Shown: positions 37,134 through 50,247, numbered from the stretch's first letter. The stretch is DNA of 64,000 nt from Octopus vulgaris (GCA_951406725.2 OX597834.1:23002001-23066000), one strand, 5' to 3'. A program made the numbers and translations. The notes: a model not told the origin generated them from the letters alone.

Positions 37134-38599
37134 AATCTGTGGTAAATCATTCTCTCAGAAACGTTTCCTAACTACACATGTGTGCATTCATATAGAAGTG
37201 TAAATCAACTCATATCCTGTTTCTTTAGCTATATTTAATTTTTATTTAATTTTGTTTTCCTTGTTCTTGCCTGTATAGCTAATAATTTTGAGTATTTATA
37301 TTTTCCCAGGGATTTATTTTGTAATATTGCAATATCAGTATCTCTTGATTGAATTCATTTTCCCTTTTTTTCTCAATTGTGAATCTATTTGTTTTATGAT
37401 TACTGATATATTTTACAGCATTTATAGAATCACTATATATAATCACAACTATTTCTATGTTAGTCAGTTAACTTAGAACTGTGATGTTTTTAATAAAACC
37501 ATTCTTTAATATATATGTGTGTGTGTAATTTTATTCCCAGAATAAAGATACAATTGATTAATATGACATTTGTGGGTAAATAACTGAGAAGTGTGTTCTC
37601 ATTACATTGTAGAGTTTGTTAGAGATAATAAAATGGTGTCAAAAAATTTTTTTTAAAACCTCACCATATCATATCCTCACTTGATATCTGGATTATTCCA
37701 TTGACATTGGTTCTATAGTCTTTGATACTCCATATGTATTTGGTATCATTTTGTTACATGAATCAGACAGCCGCTTCTTACTTCTGAGGTTTTTCACGTC
37801 TTTAACTTTCACTCTGATGTACTTTCAATATTTTTTTTTTAGAATTGCTAAAGATGTTCTTGAGTAGTTATCCTATTATGATTTCTTTTTGTCTCAGGTG
37901 ATTAATAGCGCATTTCAATAGCAAGGAGTTTATTGATTGTCTTGCTGGGAATCCACATTAGTTAACCCCTACTAAGACGAAGGGGTCTCTCTCTCTTCTC
38001 TGTTGTTGCAGTCCAGTCGCATGACAGTCAAGAGGAGCAAACATTGGTTACTACAAATGGATCCCCACAGTCCTTTAGCATCAAACGAACACTTGTTTTA
38101 CCAAAACATCTTCCCTCAGATAAAAAAAAACATCCCATTTAATGCTATTAAAAGTAAAACAAAGAGAAAATAAAGAAACCATCACATTAAACTCTCTTTT
38201 CCAATTAGTTTCTAAGTGAACGTCTGAAACAATCTTGCTTTCAAGGGGAGATAACTGATTTTCTTATTTCAGTTTTTAAAATCTTGTAAAAGTACAAAAA
38301 TTACATAAATTTAACCTTTTTACACGACAATGAGCTGGAGGCTGTTTCTGCGATACAATATTTAAATCTTCCATCAAAGTTTTCTGTTATGTCCCAAATG
38401 CTAGCTCAATAACAGTTATTTTACTAAGTTCTTCATTAAAAAAATGGAATTGGAATAAAAACGTATCTCAGCAGCAATAAGGGTAACAAAGAAGTAAGTT
38501 TTTAAATATTATTAAAGTTGGTAACTTAGCAGAATCGGTGGAGCATCAGCATAATGTCTTGTGGTATTTCGTTATGTTACAATCTGTATCCATGTTCAA

Positions 38600-38770
38600 A
38601 CGAGACCATTTCCTAGTGAGCCTACATCTATAACATAGCTGAAATGATATCTCGGGGCCTAACCTTCCTCTTTAGGGCCGGAAAACGTATCAACTTTGAT
38701 CAGTCACTGAACTTCAACAAAGCTCAAATTAGCCCTATGATGGAGTACCACACCAATATCTGGGTACTGG
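38600..38770 (+). mobile_element. LINE (CR1/L2/jockey-type) fragment
   Basis: NKAQISPMMEYHTNIW resembles the post-RT YKAQIRPxMEYCSHIW motif. Confidence 0.45.
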
Positions 38771-39422
38771 TTGTCTTCTCTCAATTTGGAATCCAACTTT
38801 CTGAAAATATATCCATGATTAGGGTTCTTGAAGTACATGTAATGTGAATTTTGTCTGTGTGGTTCTTGTCACTATTGAAAGGTTTGTAACTGACAAGGTC
38901 ACTGCCCTATCTGTCTGATAGAACTTACAATGAACTTTCACCAATGGCAGTAAGTCTACAATAAACTATCAGGTGGAATATCTTCTTTACAACAGAGAGA
39001 GAGTGGATTGGTGGAAGAGGGAAAGATAAAGTTAGCTTGAAGAATCTGTCTAGTGATTCTTTCTTGCAACAGTCTAATCACGTCCATAGTATAGAAAGCA
39101 TGACCTCTGAATGCAGAGAAGTAGTGACTCAACTTGGAGAGATTCCCTGATCTCAGAGCTAGAAATCCATGGTGTGCAACTATCGTGGGAGCAGTATTGC
39201 AATCGGTGGGTGGCGGATCAGTTGGCAGATATTTATTGACATACCTGGCTCATCAGAAGGTGAGCTCCAGCTTGTTCTGAATTGGTTCACTGCAAGGCAG
39301 GGATGAGGATTGGTGTTGTGAAGATTGACAAAGAGAAAAATTACATTAAATTGTGATGATTATGGGATATCAACAACAATACGAAAAAAAGGGGTTAAAA
39401 TGTCATTTATTCTGTAATAAAT

Positions 39423-39747
39423 AGGGAGCACCGCCTTTAGTCGAGCAAATCGACCCCAGGACTTATTCTTTGTAAGCCTAGTACTTATTCCATTGGTCTC
39501 TTTTGCCGAACCGCTAAGTTACGGGGACGTAAACACACTAGCATCGGTTGTCAAGAGATGTTGGGGGGACAAACATATACATATATACGATGGGCTTCTT
39601 TTAGTTTCCGTCTACCAAATCCACTCACAGGCTTTGGTTGGCCTGAGGCTATAGTAGAAGATACTTGCCCAAGGTGCTACGCAGTGGGACTGAACCCAGA
39701 ACCATGTGGTGCATAAGCAAGCTACTTACCACACAGCAACTCCTACG
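39423..39747 (-). mobile_element. tRNA-derived SINE
   Basis: Minus-strand 5' end has A-box-like TGTGGTAAGTAG and B-box GGTTCAGTCCC; related copies at ~40080-40350, 48610-48745, 50995-51190, 51865-51945. Confidence 0.75.
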
Positions 39748-41014
39748 TGTATATATAAATTTTACAAATATTATAAACCAACGACATTCATAATATCAAT
39801 ATAATTCACTCAGAATAAGCAAGTAAAACAATGAATTTGATCAACAAAATTTATGACCAAAAAAAATACACCAATTTCAGAACATAGGATGGTAACCATA
39901 TTGATACTTCTTATAAAATAATGGACTGAAAGGAAGTTTAAAGCCTAACAGCATTCCTTCTATTGAATATTGTGTCAGTTCTCAAATGAATGCTAAAGAG
40001 CTGATCCACATGCAACATGGTACCATTTATTGGGGCTTAAAATAAAGCGAAGCTCACATGCAAGATTATACTATCACACATAGTTGTGTGCTTAAGAGGC
40101 TTACTTCCCAATCACATGGTCTCAGATTTAGTCTGAGTGACATCTTAGGCTCACAAAATCCTTAGGAGTAGATTTGGTAGACAGAAACTGAAAGAAGCCT
40201 GCTATAAATATATATGTGAAGTTGCATGGCTTAGTGGTTAGGGTGTTCCACTCACAATAGCAAGCTCATGGTTTCAATTCCGAGACTGATAGTGCTTTGT
40301 GTTCTTCAACAAAAACTTCATTTTATATTGCTCCAGTTCATTCAACTACAAATGAGAAATGCTGTGACAGACTATCAACATTATTCAGTGGGAATGTCAG
40401 CCTGTGCACCTGCCCAGCAGCAGCAGGACAGCATCAAACTGAATGCTACAACAAGGGAAACATAGTGACCAGTGGTATAACAACACCCAATTTTCTGCTT
40501 GATACAATGATATAGATGTATGGTAAGTGTGCATGTGTGTGTACTGTTCCTGACACTACGAAGGTGAACACCACTATCACACAAGCAATGTTGTTTGTTT
40601 CCGTTCCCCTTGAAAATATTGAAGGGCTACAAGAAAATATTAAGTTGCTTAGAAAGCGTTGAGGTTTAGCAACAGGAACACACAGCAGTAGAAAATCTGC
40701 AGCCTCAACAGATTCCATCTGGCCTTTGGAAGTGTTATGGACTATAATACTCTCTTGATAAAAATTATAAAATTAAAATCATTATAAGATGAATCTCTTC
40801 AGAAGTAGTAAAGATATCATCATCATCGTTTAACGTCCATTTTCCATGCTAGCATGGGTTGGACGGTTCAACTGGGATCTGGGAAGCCAGAAGGCTGCGC
40901 CAGGCCGTCTGATCTGGCAGTGTTTCTACAGCTGGATGCCCTTCCTAACGCCAACCACTCCGTTATTCTTATCTATAATAGTAAATAGATAAAAATACAT
41001 AGAAATATGATTTT

Positions 41015-41632
41015 GAACTAGAAAAACACTCGGAGAGTGCAAACCTCCGCCAAGTAGCTGATTTCCACCCGTATACACACATGCTGAAAATCGCCATATT
41101 TCCCAAACCAACGCTGGTAAAAAACATAACCTCCTTGGTGGGGTTAAAAAAAAATAATACAGCCATGTGATTTTTAAAAACAGGAATCATCTGAAGCAGT
41201 TATAATACATCAGTGACAACAGCAAGCTAGTTTCACAGCGGTGTTGATCCCAATAGTCAAGGCTTGTCATGTCATCCTCCACAGATCTCCGCCAAGCAGC
41301 TCATTTTAAGATAGATACGCGAGTAAAATTACTAACAAAGAAACGAAAATAAACTTTAGGAACAGCAACACCACCACAGGTTAAGGGAGATAATCAAAGA
41401 ACGTAACATTGTAATACTTCATGTAAAGTAAATATAAAAAATGAAAAATCCTTCAAGAATCCATAAAAATTCATGAATCACTTCCAAAATTTCATCATCT
41501 GTTCCTTGTTTCATTACCAACTTTTCCTGCAAGTTTCATCAAATACCGTCCACAACTTGGGTTATTTTGCACACAGACGGACAAAGCAACGCCGATGAAA
41601 ATATAACCTCCTTCCTTGGTGGAGGTAATTAA
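41015..41632 (-). mobile_element. Two partial copies of a non-autonomous element with TTACCTCC(G/A)CCAAGGAGGTTA / TTGGCGGAGG ends (tentatively Crypton-like)
   Basis: CTCCGCCAAG at ~41045 and ~41287; AACCTCCTT...GGTGG at ~41128 and ~41605. Confidence 0.45.
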
Positions 41633-41949
41633 GTACTAAATTACTATTTCACAGTAATTCTTCCATGATTCATCAGACCCACTGGTCTGAGGACTATAAC
41701 CTCTACTACTAGAGATAGAAATAGATTCTTGATCATTCAGGGTTATGATAAAAACCCTGAAACAAAATTCTAGTGAACAAAATGGAGTTACTTCCCTTCG
41801 ACCACTACCAGTTGAACCTAAGTGAGGGGGGGGGGTCAGTGTATGCACGAATTCAGTTTGCTGGTTGGTGAGTGGGAAATTTCATGTTTCTAACATGAAT
41901 TTCTTCTGATAATATTTCACTTTTGGAGTTTAAGAACCCCACCACCACC

Positions 41950-42690
41950 ACCAACACACACATCAAGCAAATTCTTTAGGATCTTTGCATTGCTTGCTAC
42001 TATTGGGGTATGGTCCAGGTTGTTCCAGGAGCTTCCATTTAATACTGTATGACATACGCTCTTCTTTTGAATGCCATACATAATATTGTGTCTCTCTGGG
42101 ATCCTGAAAGAGGACCTGTGTTTCTTTAGACGTTGCTAGATGGGGCCCTCTGTTGCCCCAACATATCTCCATGTTCGTATCCATGTGTTATTAGTGCAGC
42201 TGCTGCTATTGTTACTGCCAGACGTGTTGCTGGTACTGCAATCATTGCCATTGTTGCTGTGTTACCAACAGATGTGTTGTTGGTGCTGCTGCTGTTATCA
42301 TTACTTCCAGACACCACTTCAGCCTCATAGACCACGGCCTTGGAATTGCATTGGCCCCTCACAGTTAACTTTACACAAGCATCATACATCTGTGTAGGGT
42401 TTAGGGGTGTTCACTAAAATCTTTTTAACTGTGGGTTCACAATTGAAAGAGATCCTTAAATTGTATCTATCAACTGCATGAAGTGCTGGTCCACTAATCT
42501 GAGAAATATCCTTCCCATGCATATATTGACACTAAGTGAGAAGGGTGGGGCAAATCAAATGACTTTATGGTGGCTCTTCCTTTTGCAGGTGTTAGGTCCT
42601 GGCATAAAGATGTAGTTCTTAAACCTGCTGACTGCAGCATCAAAAATCTCTTTATCAGAGGAGATTCAAAATCCTCTGACACACTTTACT
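41950..42690 (-). mobile_element. Decayed Penelope-like element (GIY-YIG region)
   Basis: PFSLSVNICMGRIFLRLVDQHF, GQCNSKAVVYEAEV, YVGATEG motifs. Confidence 0.6.
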
Positions 42691-42699
42691 AGGTTCTTA

Positions 42700-43110
42700 A
42701 ACACAATCGGATAAATATAGATACAAGATCCTTGCACTTAGTAGATATTAGCTTCCCTAGCACCCATAGATACAGAAAGATTTTTAACAAGCACACAATG
42801 AAAATTACTTTTTCTTCACCACACCTAAAGTGAAGACCTATATCAGTAAACAACTAACAACTCACACCTGCCCTGGAAGCACACATCAAAAGAAATCTAA
42901 ATGTCTTCTAGAGCAGTAATGCAATTGTTTATGAAGTATGAATATCAGCTGACTCTGACAACAGTTAAACAGAGATCAAGCATTATATAGGATCAGTGGC
43001 AGGTCTAGATATAACAACCATCTTTTGACCTTTAGACACTGTGAGAAGAAACATAAACAATACTCTCGGCATTAATCTGGAAGCTTAAAGACAAAACAAA
43101 AAAACCCAAT
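42700..43110 (+). mobile_element. Second Penelope-like fragment, opposite orientation
   Basis: HLVDISFPSTHRYRKIFNKHTMKIT, AIVYEV, HYIGSV, RYNNHLLTFRH, IWKLKD. Confidence 0.55.
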
Positions 43111-45083
43111 CAACCAATAGCAACTACATTGAATTAATATTGAAATTCCAATCATTTGGTGTCAACACATTTCTAGGTGATGTGGTGAAAGTAAAGTCTT
43201 CTTTGGACAATATATGTCACTGTTTAATAGTTGTTCATTGATATTCCCCACCCGACAATAAATTATTTTGATGTTTCAATAGAAAGAAGTCAGAAAAACA
43301 CGTCTACAATCTATACATACACACAATTTCCCTCAAGAGTCTTGCTATATGGAAATAATGAAACTTACCAATGTGTAGGATGCATTTTTACACTGTTGAG
43401 AGCAATAGAAGATCATCATCATCGTTTAACGTTCGCTTTCCATGCTAGCATGGGTTGGACGGTTCAACCAGGATCTGGGAAGCCAGAAGGCTGCACCAGG
43501 CTCAGTCTGATCTGGCAGTGTTTCTACAGCTGGATGCCCTTCCTAACGCCAACCACTCTGTGAGTGTAGTGGGCGCTTTTTACATGCCAGACAAGGCTGG
43601 CAACGGCCACGATCGGATGGTTCTCTTACGTGCCACCGGCACTGGTATCACAACTACAATTTCCATTGATTTTGATCGATTTCGATTTCACTTGCCTCAA
43701 AATATGATATGTAAATTCTTCCCTTCACACTGATGAGTTATAATTATTTCCATTTGATGAATAAAATGGAGCTTTTTGTATTGAAATAAAAGAAAGCAAG
43801 TCCTTTTACCACAATTATCACTGTGGTCAGGGAAGAGTGACACACTGGGTGTTTATTGGTGTTGAAAGAAGAAACCCTGGTAAATATTTCTTTGTAGTAA
43901 TGGTTAATCACCAAGCAGGTAAGCGGCAGGAACACTGATGCCTCTAAATCTATGGACCTTCTCTGATTCCTCTTTTACTCAGATGGACCCTCGGAGCCAT
44001 TTCAGGTTTTAAAAAATCATATATTTTTTACAATTAAATATTGGAATGGTATAAAAAAATTAAAATTTTGTACATTGAAGAAATACAACCAATTTATTGC
44101 AGATAAATTTTAACAATGAAATATTATAGAGACCCCCAAGTGCCATGTGGACCCTGGTTGAGAACCACTGCCCTATGTGATCCATTAGCAGCTAGAAAGA
44201 GCAGCAAAGTGTCCTTCAACTAGCAGCATACTTTCAAAAGAAGGATACATGTGACGGCTGATATGATAAAAGATGAGTATATAGTTGTACTTTAGTGTCT
44301 GAAATGGAAAATTTTCAAAATACAAGCAAAGCACCCGATTCATTTATTCTGGATGTTATATGCACAAATGACATTGTGTCAAGAAATTAGTTTTTCACTG
44401 CCGTTCCAGTCATGACCATCCCATTTGTTTTAAAGGTATTCCAACCATGACTATGCATGCAATTTTTAAGATCCTTCCAACTGTTTTCATCCTAAGCTTC
44501 AATAGTAATTCTATGAATATTGTAAAGCACTTATATGCATAAAAATATTGTATTTACAAATGAGAGAAAAATAATCTTGATTAAAGACATTTATGAATGA
44601 GGGAAAAAAACCCAATATGGATCTTTTCGCTTTGACCGGCAGATTTTAAAAATAATTTCTTTATAATTAAACACTTTTAAACTTCGTATACTGGTAGAAT
44701 GTGTTTATAAAACATCTTTTTCTCTTGGTTTTCTTGAGAAAATTCTGTAGTTTGTAAGCTATTTCTTGTTTATTTTCTTGCATTTTGGCAATTTCAATAT
44801 TGCTGGCATGGAGAGTGGAAGCTGGTATGCATGGGCAACTACTGGTCTTCCATAAACAACCTTGCTAAGACTTGTGTCCCAGAGAACTTTCTAGGTGTAA
44901 TCCCATGGTCATTCATGATTGAAGGAGATCTTTACCCTTTTCTTTTTTGATAGAATGTGAAAGCTAAAGAGTTAATGGAACCCAAATTTTGGTGCAGCCT
45001 CTTGGCATGCCAGTCCCCAGTCAAACTGTCCAACCCATGCCAGCATGGAAAACGGATGTTAAACAATGATGATGATGATACTG

Positions 45084-46607
45084 TCACTGTTTTATATGAA
45101 CAGTTCTATGTGTGGATAAGTGACTTCTTTGGGAGAAGGATTTACCACAGATGTCACAGTGGTGTGGCTTCTCTCCTGTATGAGTGCGTCTGTGCACAGT
45201 TAAAGTATCATTTCTAGAAAAGGAATTCCCACATATATCACAGGAATAGGGCTTCTCTCCTGTGTGCACATGATTGTGTACAGTTAAGTTACTACTGAAA
45301 GAGAATGATTTACCACAGATATCACAGTGATATGGTTTCTCTCCTGAATGAGTGTGTTTATGTTTAGTTAAGGTATCATTCTTAGAGAAGGATTTACCAC
45401 AGATATCACAGGAATATGGTTTCTCTCCAGTGTGAATACGTTTGTGGGTAATTAATTGACTAGTTACACAAAATGATTTGCCACAGATATCACATCGGTA
45501 TGGTTTCTCTCCTGTATGAATACGTTTGTGAGAATTTAAGTCACCACGCTGACAAAATGCTTTGCCACAGATATCACAGTGATATGGCTTCTCTCCTGTA
45601 TGAGTACGTTTGTGAGCAATTAAATCACCAATTGTAGAGAATGATTTACTACAGACATCACAGTCATATGGCCTCTCCCCTGTATGAATACGTTTGTGCT
45701 TAGTCAAGTCACCATTTTGAGAGAATGATTTACCACAGATATCACACTGATATGGTTTCTCTCCTGTATGAATACGTTTATGTTTAGTTAAGTCTCCTTG
45801 TTGAGAGAATGATTTACCACAGACATCACAGTGATAAGGTTTCTCACCTGTATGAACACGTTTGTGATTAGTTAATTGACAATTTACAGAAAATGATTTA
45901 CCACAGACATCACAACGATATGGCTTCTCTCCAGTATGAATACGTTTGTGAATATTAATGTTACCACTTCTAGAGAATGCTTTACCACAAATATCACAGT
46001 GGTACGGTTTATCTCCACTATGAATACGTTTGTGAGTAGTTAAGCCACTGCTTGCAGAAAATGCTTTCCCACAGATATTACAGTGATAGCGTTTCTCCCC
46101 TGTATGAATAACTTTATGTTTAGTTACATCACTCTTCTCATAGAATGATTTACCACATATCTCACAGTGATATCGTTTCTCTCCTGTATGAATGCGTTTA
46201 TGCTGAGTTAAGTCACCATTTTGAGAAAATAATTTCCCACAGATATCACAGTGATATGGCTTCTCTCCTGTATGGATGCGTTTGTGATTGATTAAAGAAC
46301 CATTTACAGAGAATGATTTACCACAGATATCACACTGATATGGTTTCTCTCCTGTATGAATTCGTTTGTGAATTGTTAGGTTATCTCTTCTAGGAAATGA
46401 TTTACTGCAGACATCACAATGGTATGGTTTCTCTCCAGTATGAATACGTTTGTGAATAGTTAGGTAACACTTCTGAGCAAATGCCTTCTTACAGAAATCA
46501 CATTGGTAGAACCCTTTTTCTTTCTTTTTCATTCTATCATCAGGGACACAAATACCTTGAGTGAGAGTGTCACACAGGCCCTGTTTCTCAACTAATTTAA
46601 CATCCAT
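45084..46607 (-). CDS. C2H2 zinc-finger protein G (17 fingers)
   Basis: ATG-initiated 507-aa ORF; acceptor AG 46949-46948; donor 48228. Confidence 0.93.
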   Translation of the reverse strand: MDVKLVEKQGLCDTLTQGICVPDDRMKKKEKGFYQCDFCKKAFAQKCYLTIHKRIHTGEKPYHCDVCSKSFPRRDNLTIHKRIHTGEKPYQCDICGKSFSVNGSLINHKRIHTGEKPYHCDICGKLFSQNGDLTQHKRIHTGEKRYHCEICGKSFYEKSDVTKHKVIHTGEKRYHCNICGKAFSASSGLTTHKRIHSGDKPYHCDICGKAFSRSGNINIHKRIHTGEKPYRCDVCGKSFSVNCQLTNHKRVHTGEKPYHCDVCGKSFSQQGDLTKHKRIHTGEKPYQCDICGKSFSQNGDLTKHKRIHTGERPYDCDVCSKSFSTIGDLIAHKRTHTGEKPYHCDICGKAFCQRGDLNSHKRIHTGEKPYRCDICGKSFCVTSQLITHKRIHTGEKPYSCDICGKSFSKNDTLTKHKHTHSGEKPYHCDICGKSFSFSSNLTVHNHVHTGEKPYSCDICGNSFSRNDTLTVHRRTHTGEKPHHCDICGKSFSQRSHLSTHRTVHIKQ

Positions 46608-47950
46608 TATTTTTCTCTATCACTACAATATTCAAATATTTTCCTTCTGTTTATTAGTATCTTTTTATTCCTAACACATATTCTTCCACTATATTTCATT
46701 CAACTGTAATCTTTGTTGATACTTGAAGATGCTGCATTTTCCTTCATAATCCAACTTTTTATCAGAATATAAAATAAGTTCACACATATTTCAGATGGTG
46801 ACATAGAGAAATTTTGCAAATAATTTCAGTTCAGAGCAAATATTTCCAAACAACTTTATCAAAGAATCTTCCTTTGGTTTTTAAAAGATTAAAGATATTG
46901 ATGGATCTGAAGTCAATAATTCCCTTACACCAATGTCATCTGATATTCTGAAAGAAAAGAGAAAAAATATAAAATAGAGAGGATATTTAAGAAGTAGACA
47001 TTCAACAGTGGACGTTTTACTACATTTCTTCTTTATTGACAAGCTATAGATATAAGCCTTTCAGTCTGAATATTTTATTTCTCATCGATATCAGCCTCTG
47101 GCTGTGTGTATTGGATGTATACATAATCACAGAAATGAGATTAAATTCACCTAATTAACAAAGTCCTTATTTTACATAAGACTAAATAAACTGAGCTAAT
47201 TACAGTTTTATACAGTACATTGTATACAATAAAACACCATACTTTAGAATTTAGGAGACATTCAGTGACTCTTTTTGAACAATCTTACCTAAATTTCTTA
47301 GAAAAAAAAAAGTATCTGTTACCCGTTTCAAACTCTCTCAACTTCGACAACTATGCTGATCAATCTCGACTCCTAAAGATGGAGTGAAAGCACAAAACAA
47401 CGATACAATACTCACTATGTAATAATTTCAAACAAACAAAAAAAAAACCGAATAAAATTGAAAAATTACTCATTTTGCCCCACCACCTGGCGCGCGCGCA
47501 GTATTTGTCTACTGCTACACAGATACTTTTATTTGTTGTTTAAATATTGTTAATCATTTATTTCAGATTCTGTGATGGTGCAGAGAATTAATGTCGATCT
47601 CTGATTAACCACATCAAAATCATTTATAATTAACGATGTTGGTAAAAAATTGTCAAGTTTTTATGCTACAAAGAAAGGTAAAGATGACTAAACAATTGAC
47701 CTTAAAAAATATAAACTTTCTCTTTGAGTTGAGGTTAAGATATAGGGGAATACCGATAACTGAAAAGCTAATTGGAAAGAAGAACAGTGGAAGTATTAAG
47801 ACAACAATAGTTAATGTTAGGTAAAGCAAGTTTTTCAACTCACTTCTATTACATATGTAACATCCGACCCGTATGGGGATTAAGAAATCGTTACTTCAGT
47901 AAAAAAAAGTTTTTTCTTTACTTTCTTTTTTTTATATTAGAATACTATTT

Positions 47951-48155
47951 CTTTTACTACCCACAAGGGGCTAAACACAGAGGGGACAAACGGATTAAGT
48001 CAATCATATTGACCCCAGTGCGTAACTGGTACTTATTTAATCGATCCCGAAAGGATGAAAGGCAAAGTCGACCTCGGCGAAATTTGAACTCAGAACGTAA
48101 CCGCAGACGAAATACTACTAAGCACTTCGCCCGGCGTGCTAACGATTCTACCAGC
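47951..48155 (-). mobile_element. tRNA-derived SINE inserted in ZNF-G intron
   Basis: GAAAGGCAAAGTCGACCTCGGCGAAATTTGAACTCAGAACG; related copies clustered at 59925-60720. Confidence 0.7.
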
Positions 48156-48330
48156 AAAACAAACACATGTAGTAGAAAGAGAACACGACCTATACAACGT
48201 AGATGTTGTTTCTATCAATAATACTTACATAATAATACAGAGCCAATGACGAAGATGTCACGATAAATTCAAGTAGTCACAACTCAGACTGGACAATGAC
48301 AGCTTCAGCACAACTTCTACATTTCACAAC
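48155..48330 (-). promoter_or_regulatory. ZNF-G putative non-coding exon 1 module
   Basis: Conserved module; donor GTAAGT at 48228-48223. Confidence 0.65.
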
Positions 48331-49007
48331 ATTCGTCGTCGAAGTTTTCGCAGCTGAACATCGAATTGAGACATTTAAACCTGAACCAACATTAATGGGG
48401 AATGTACAAAAATACGCTCGGCAATTACCAACGACCGAAACGAATGAGTAAACACTTAAAAGTATGTTATTTATAGTAATCCGTCAAATTTTCACTTGCA
48501 TTTCTCAAAGACATCGATTGTTTAAATTATTAAAGTAGTATCATTGATAAAAAGACATTTTTTTAAAATTATAAAACAAAACGTTATAGATGCCAAAATA
48601 GCTATAGACTGAATACGTGGTTAGAAAACTCACTTTGAAATCACATGGGTTCAGGTTCGTCCGCTGCCTGGGACTTTTGGGGCAAGTATTTTCTACAATC
48701 ATAGTCCTGTACCGACCAAAGTCTTGAAAGTGGATTTGGTACACACACACATATATATACATACATATATATATGTATGTATATATACATACATACATAT
48801 ATATACATACATACTGGCCCCTCACACCTACCCTACAATGTCAGTCTCAAAATAAACAACCACATCATCGAAATCTTGAGGCTACAAGATAATGCAAGAT
48901 TAATTCTAAACACTGTGAATAAATAAAGGATTACATTTGACAGAAAAATCTGAATGCTAAAAGGTTAAACACTACTCTTTACCAGTGGTGAGTGGGGGAC
49001 AGCAGAC

Positions 49008-49200
49008 CCTTTCGTTACTGTGTTTATTTTGAGATGCTCTGTGCTTCTTTCAATTACTTTAAATATAACAAAGAATTTAGTAAAATAACTTAGTTATCAT
49101 TCAAGTAGTGTTCAGAACATAAATTGTGACTAAGGTTTGGTGGAAGATTTTAATTCAAAACTTGTGAAAACAAGACATTTGTACTCAGAGGCAGAGCCGG
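49008..49200. mobile_element. piggyBac-type MITE family fragment (related pieces ~38350-38480, 53690-53930, 58308-58525)
   Basis: Shared TAGTAAAATAAC...GGAAGATTTTAATT core; the 58308-58525 copy has CCCTTTTG...AAATGGG ends. Confidence 0.55.
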
Positions 49201-49949
49201 CTTTTATGTTTAGCCCCGAGACAATCCAAACAGGCACCGCGGGTACTCTACACCCTAAATGTTAATTGTTAACTAGATCTAACACATTTATCAAACAATT
49301 GCTAGAAATTAACAGAGGAGGCCCCGTTATAAAAATAATATGTGAGGGGAGCTAACTCCAGTATCAAATTGGAGAAGAAAAAAAAAATTTTAAGGCAAAA
49401 ATTTAAAATCGCCACACGGAATTAACGGAGCGTACAACGCTGCCCTATATTATATCCCTTATCTTTTCAGCCTTTAGATATGTACAGACTGAATAAATTC
49501 TCTGTCTCCAATTCAATTAATTCAGAATTATATTCGGGTACTTTTTTTTTTAATATATGAAATAAAATTTTCAGAATTCCATTATATTTAGCAATGGGGT
49601 TTCATATTTTGGGTATCCGATCCGGTTTCATTTAAATTGACACATATTTTTCAGTTTTAAAATAAAGTATTTATTATTAATTTCAGATTATGCGGTCTAT
49701 CTGTACAGAGATACACACACATTCATAAACACCAATGCCAGGGAGGTACATTTTCCTAAGCACCTGTAGAAAAAGGTCACCGTGCTGGTTGGTGATTGTA
49801 GACTAGGATATATTTAAAAAGATAAAGAGTTAGTTGTTCTTACAGTTTATTGTTAAAACGAACTAAATCTGTTGTTTGATAAACATCTTTATTACTGGGT
49901 CAGATCTAATTTAAAACTAACATTTAGGGGATCCAATTAAATAGAAATG

Positions 49950-50247
49950 GTTGTTGCTAATGAACTGTGGACAGAAATCGCTTCAACGGTCTTTAAGACG
50001 ATATGAAAATCTAAATGAAGGTTTCTTGTGAAATATAGAAGTTGTGTTGAAGCTGTCATCGTCCAATCTGAGTTGTGACTATTTGAATCTATGGTGACAT
50101 CTTCGTCATTGGCTCTGTATTAATATGTAAGTATTATTGATAGAAACAACATCTACATTGTATAGGTCGTGTCCTCTTTCTACTACATGTGTTTGTTTTG
50201 ATGTGTTCAAATATAAAGGAGAGAGAGTGAAGTAAAGAAGAAATTCT
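49950..50247 (+). promoter_or_regulatory. ZNF-H putative non-coding exon 1 module
   Basis: GTGACATCTTCGTCATTGGCTCTGTATTAATAT|GTAAGT, donor at 50127. Confidence 0.65.

Noticed and set aside
39690-39747. tRNA genes
   Set aside because: A/B-box sequences are SINE heads without a complete cloverleaf.
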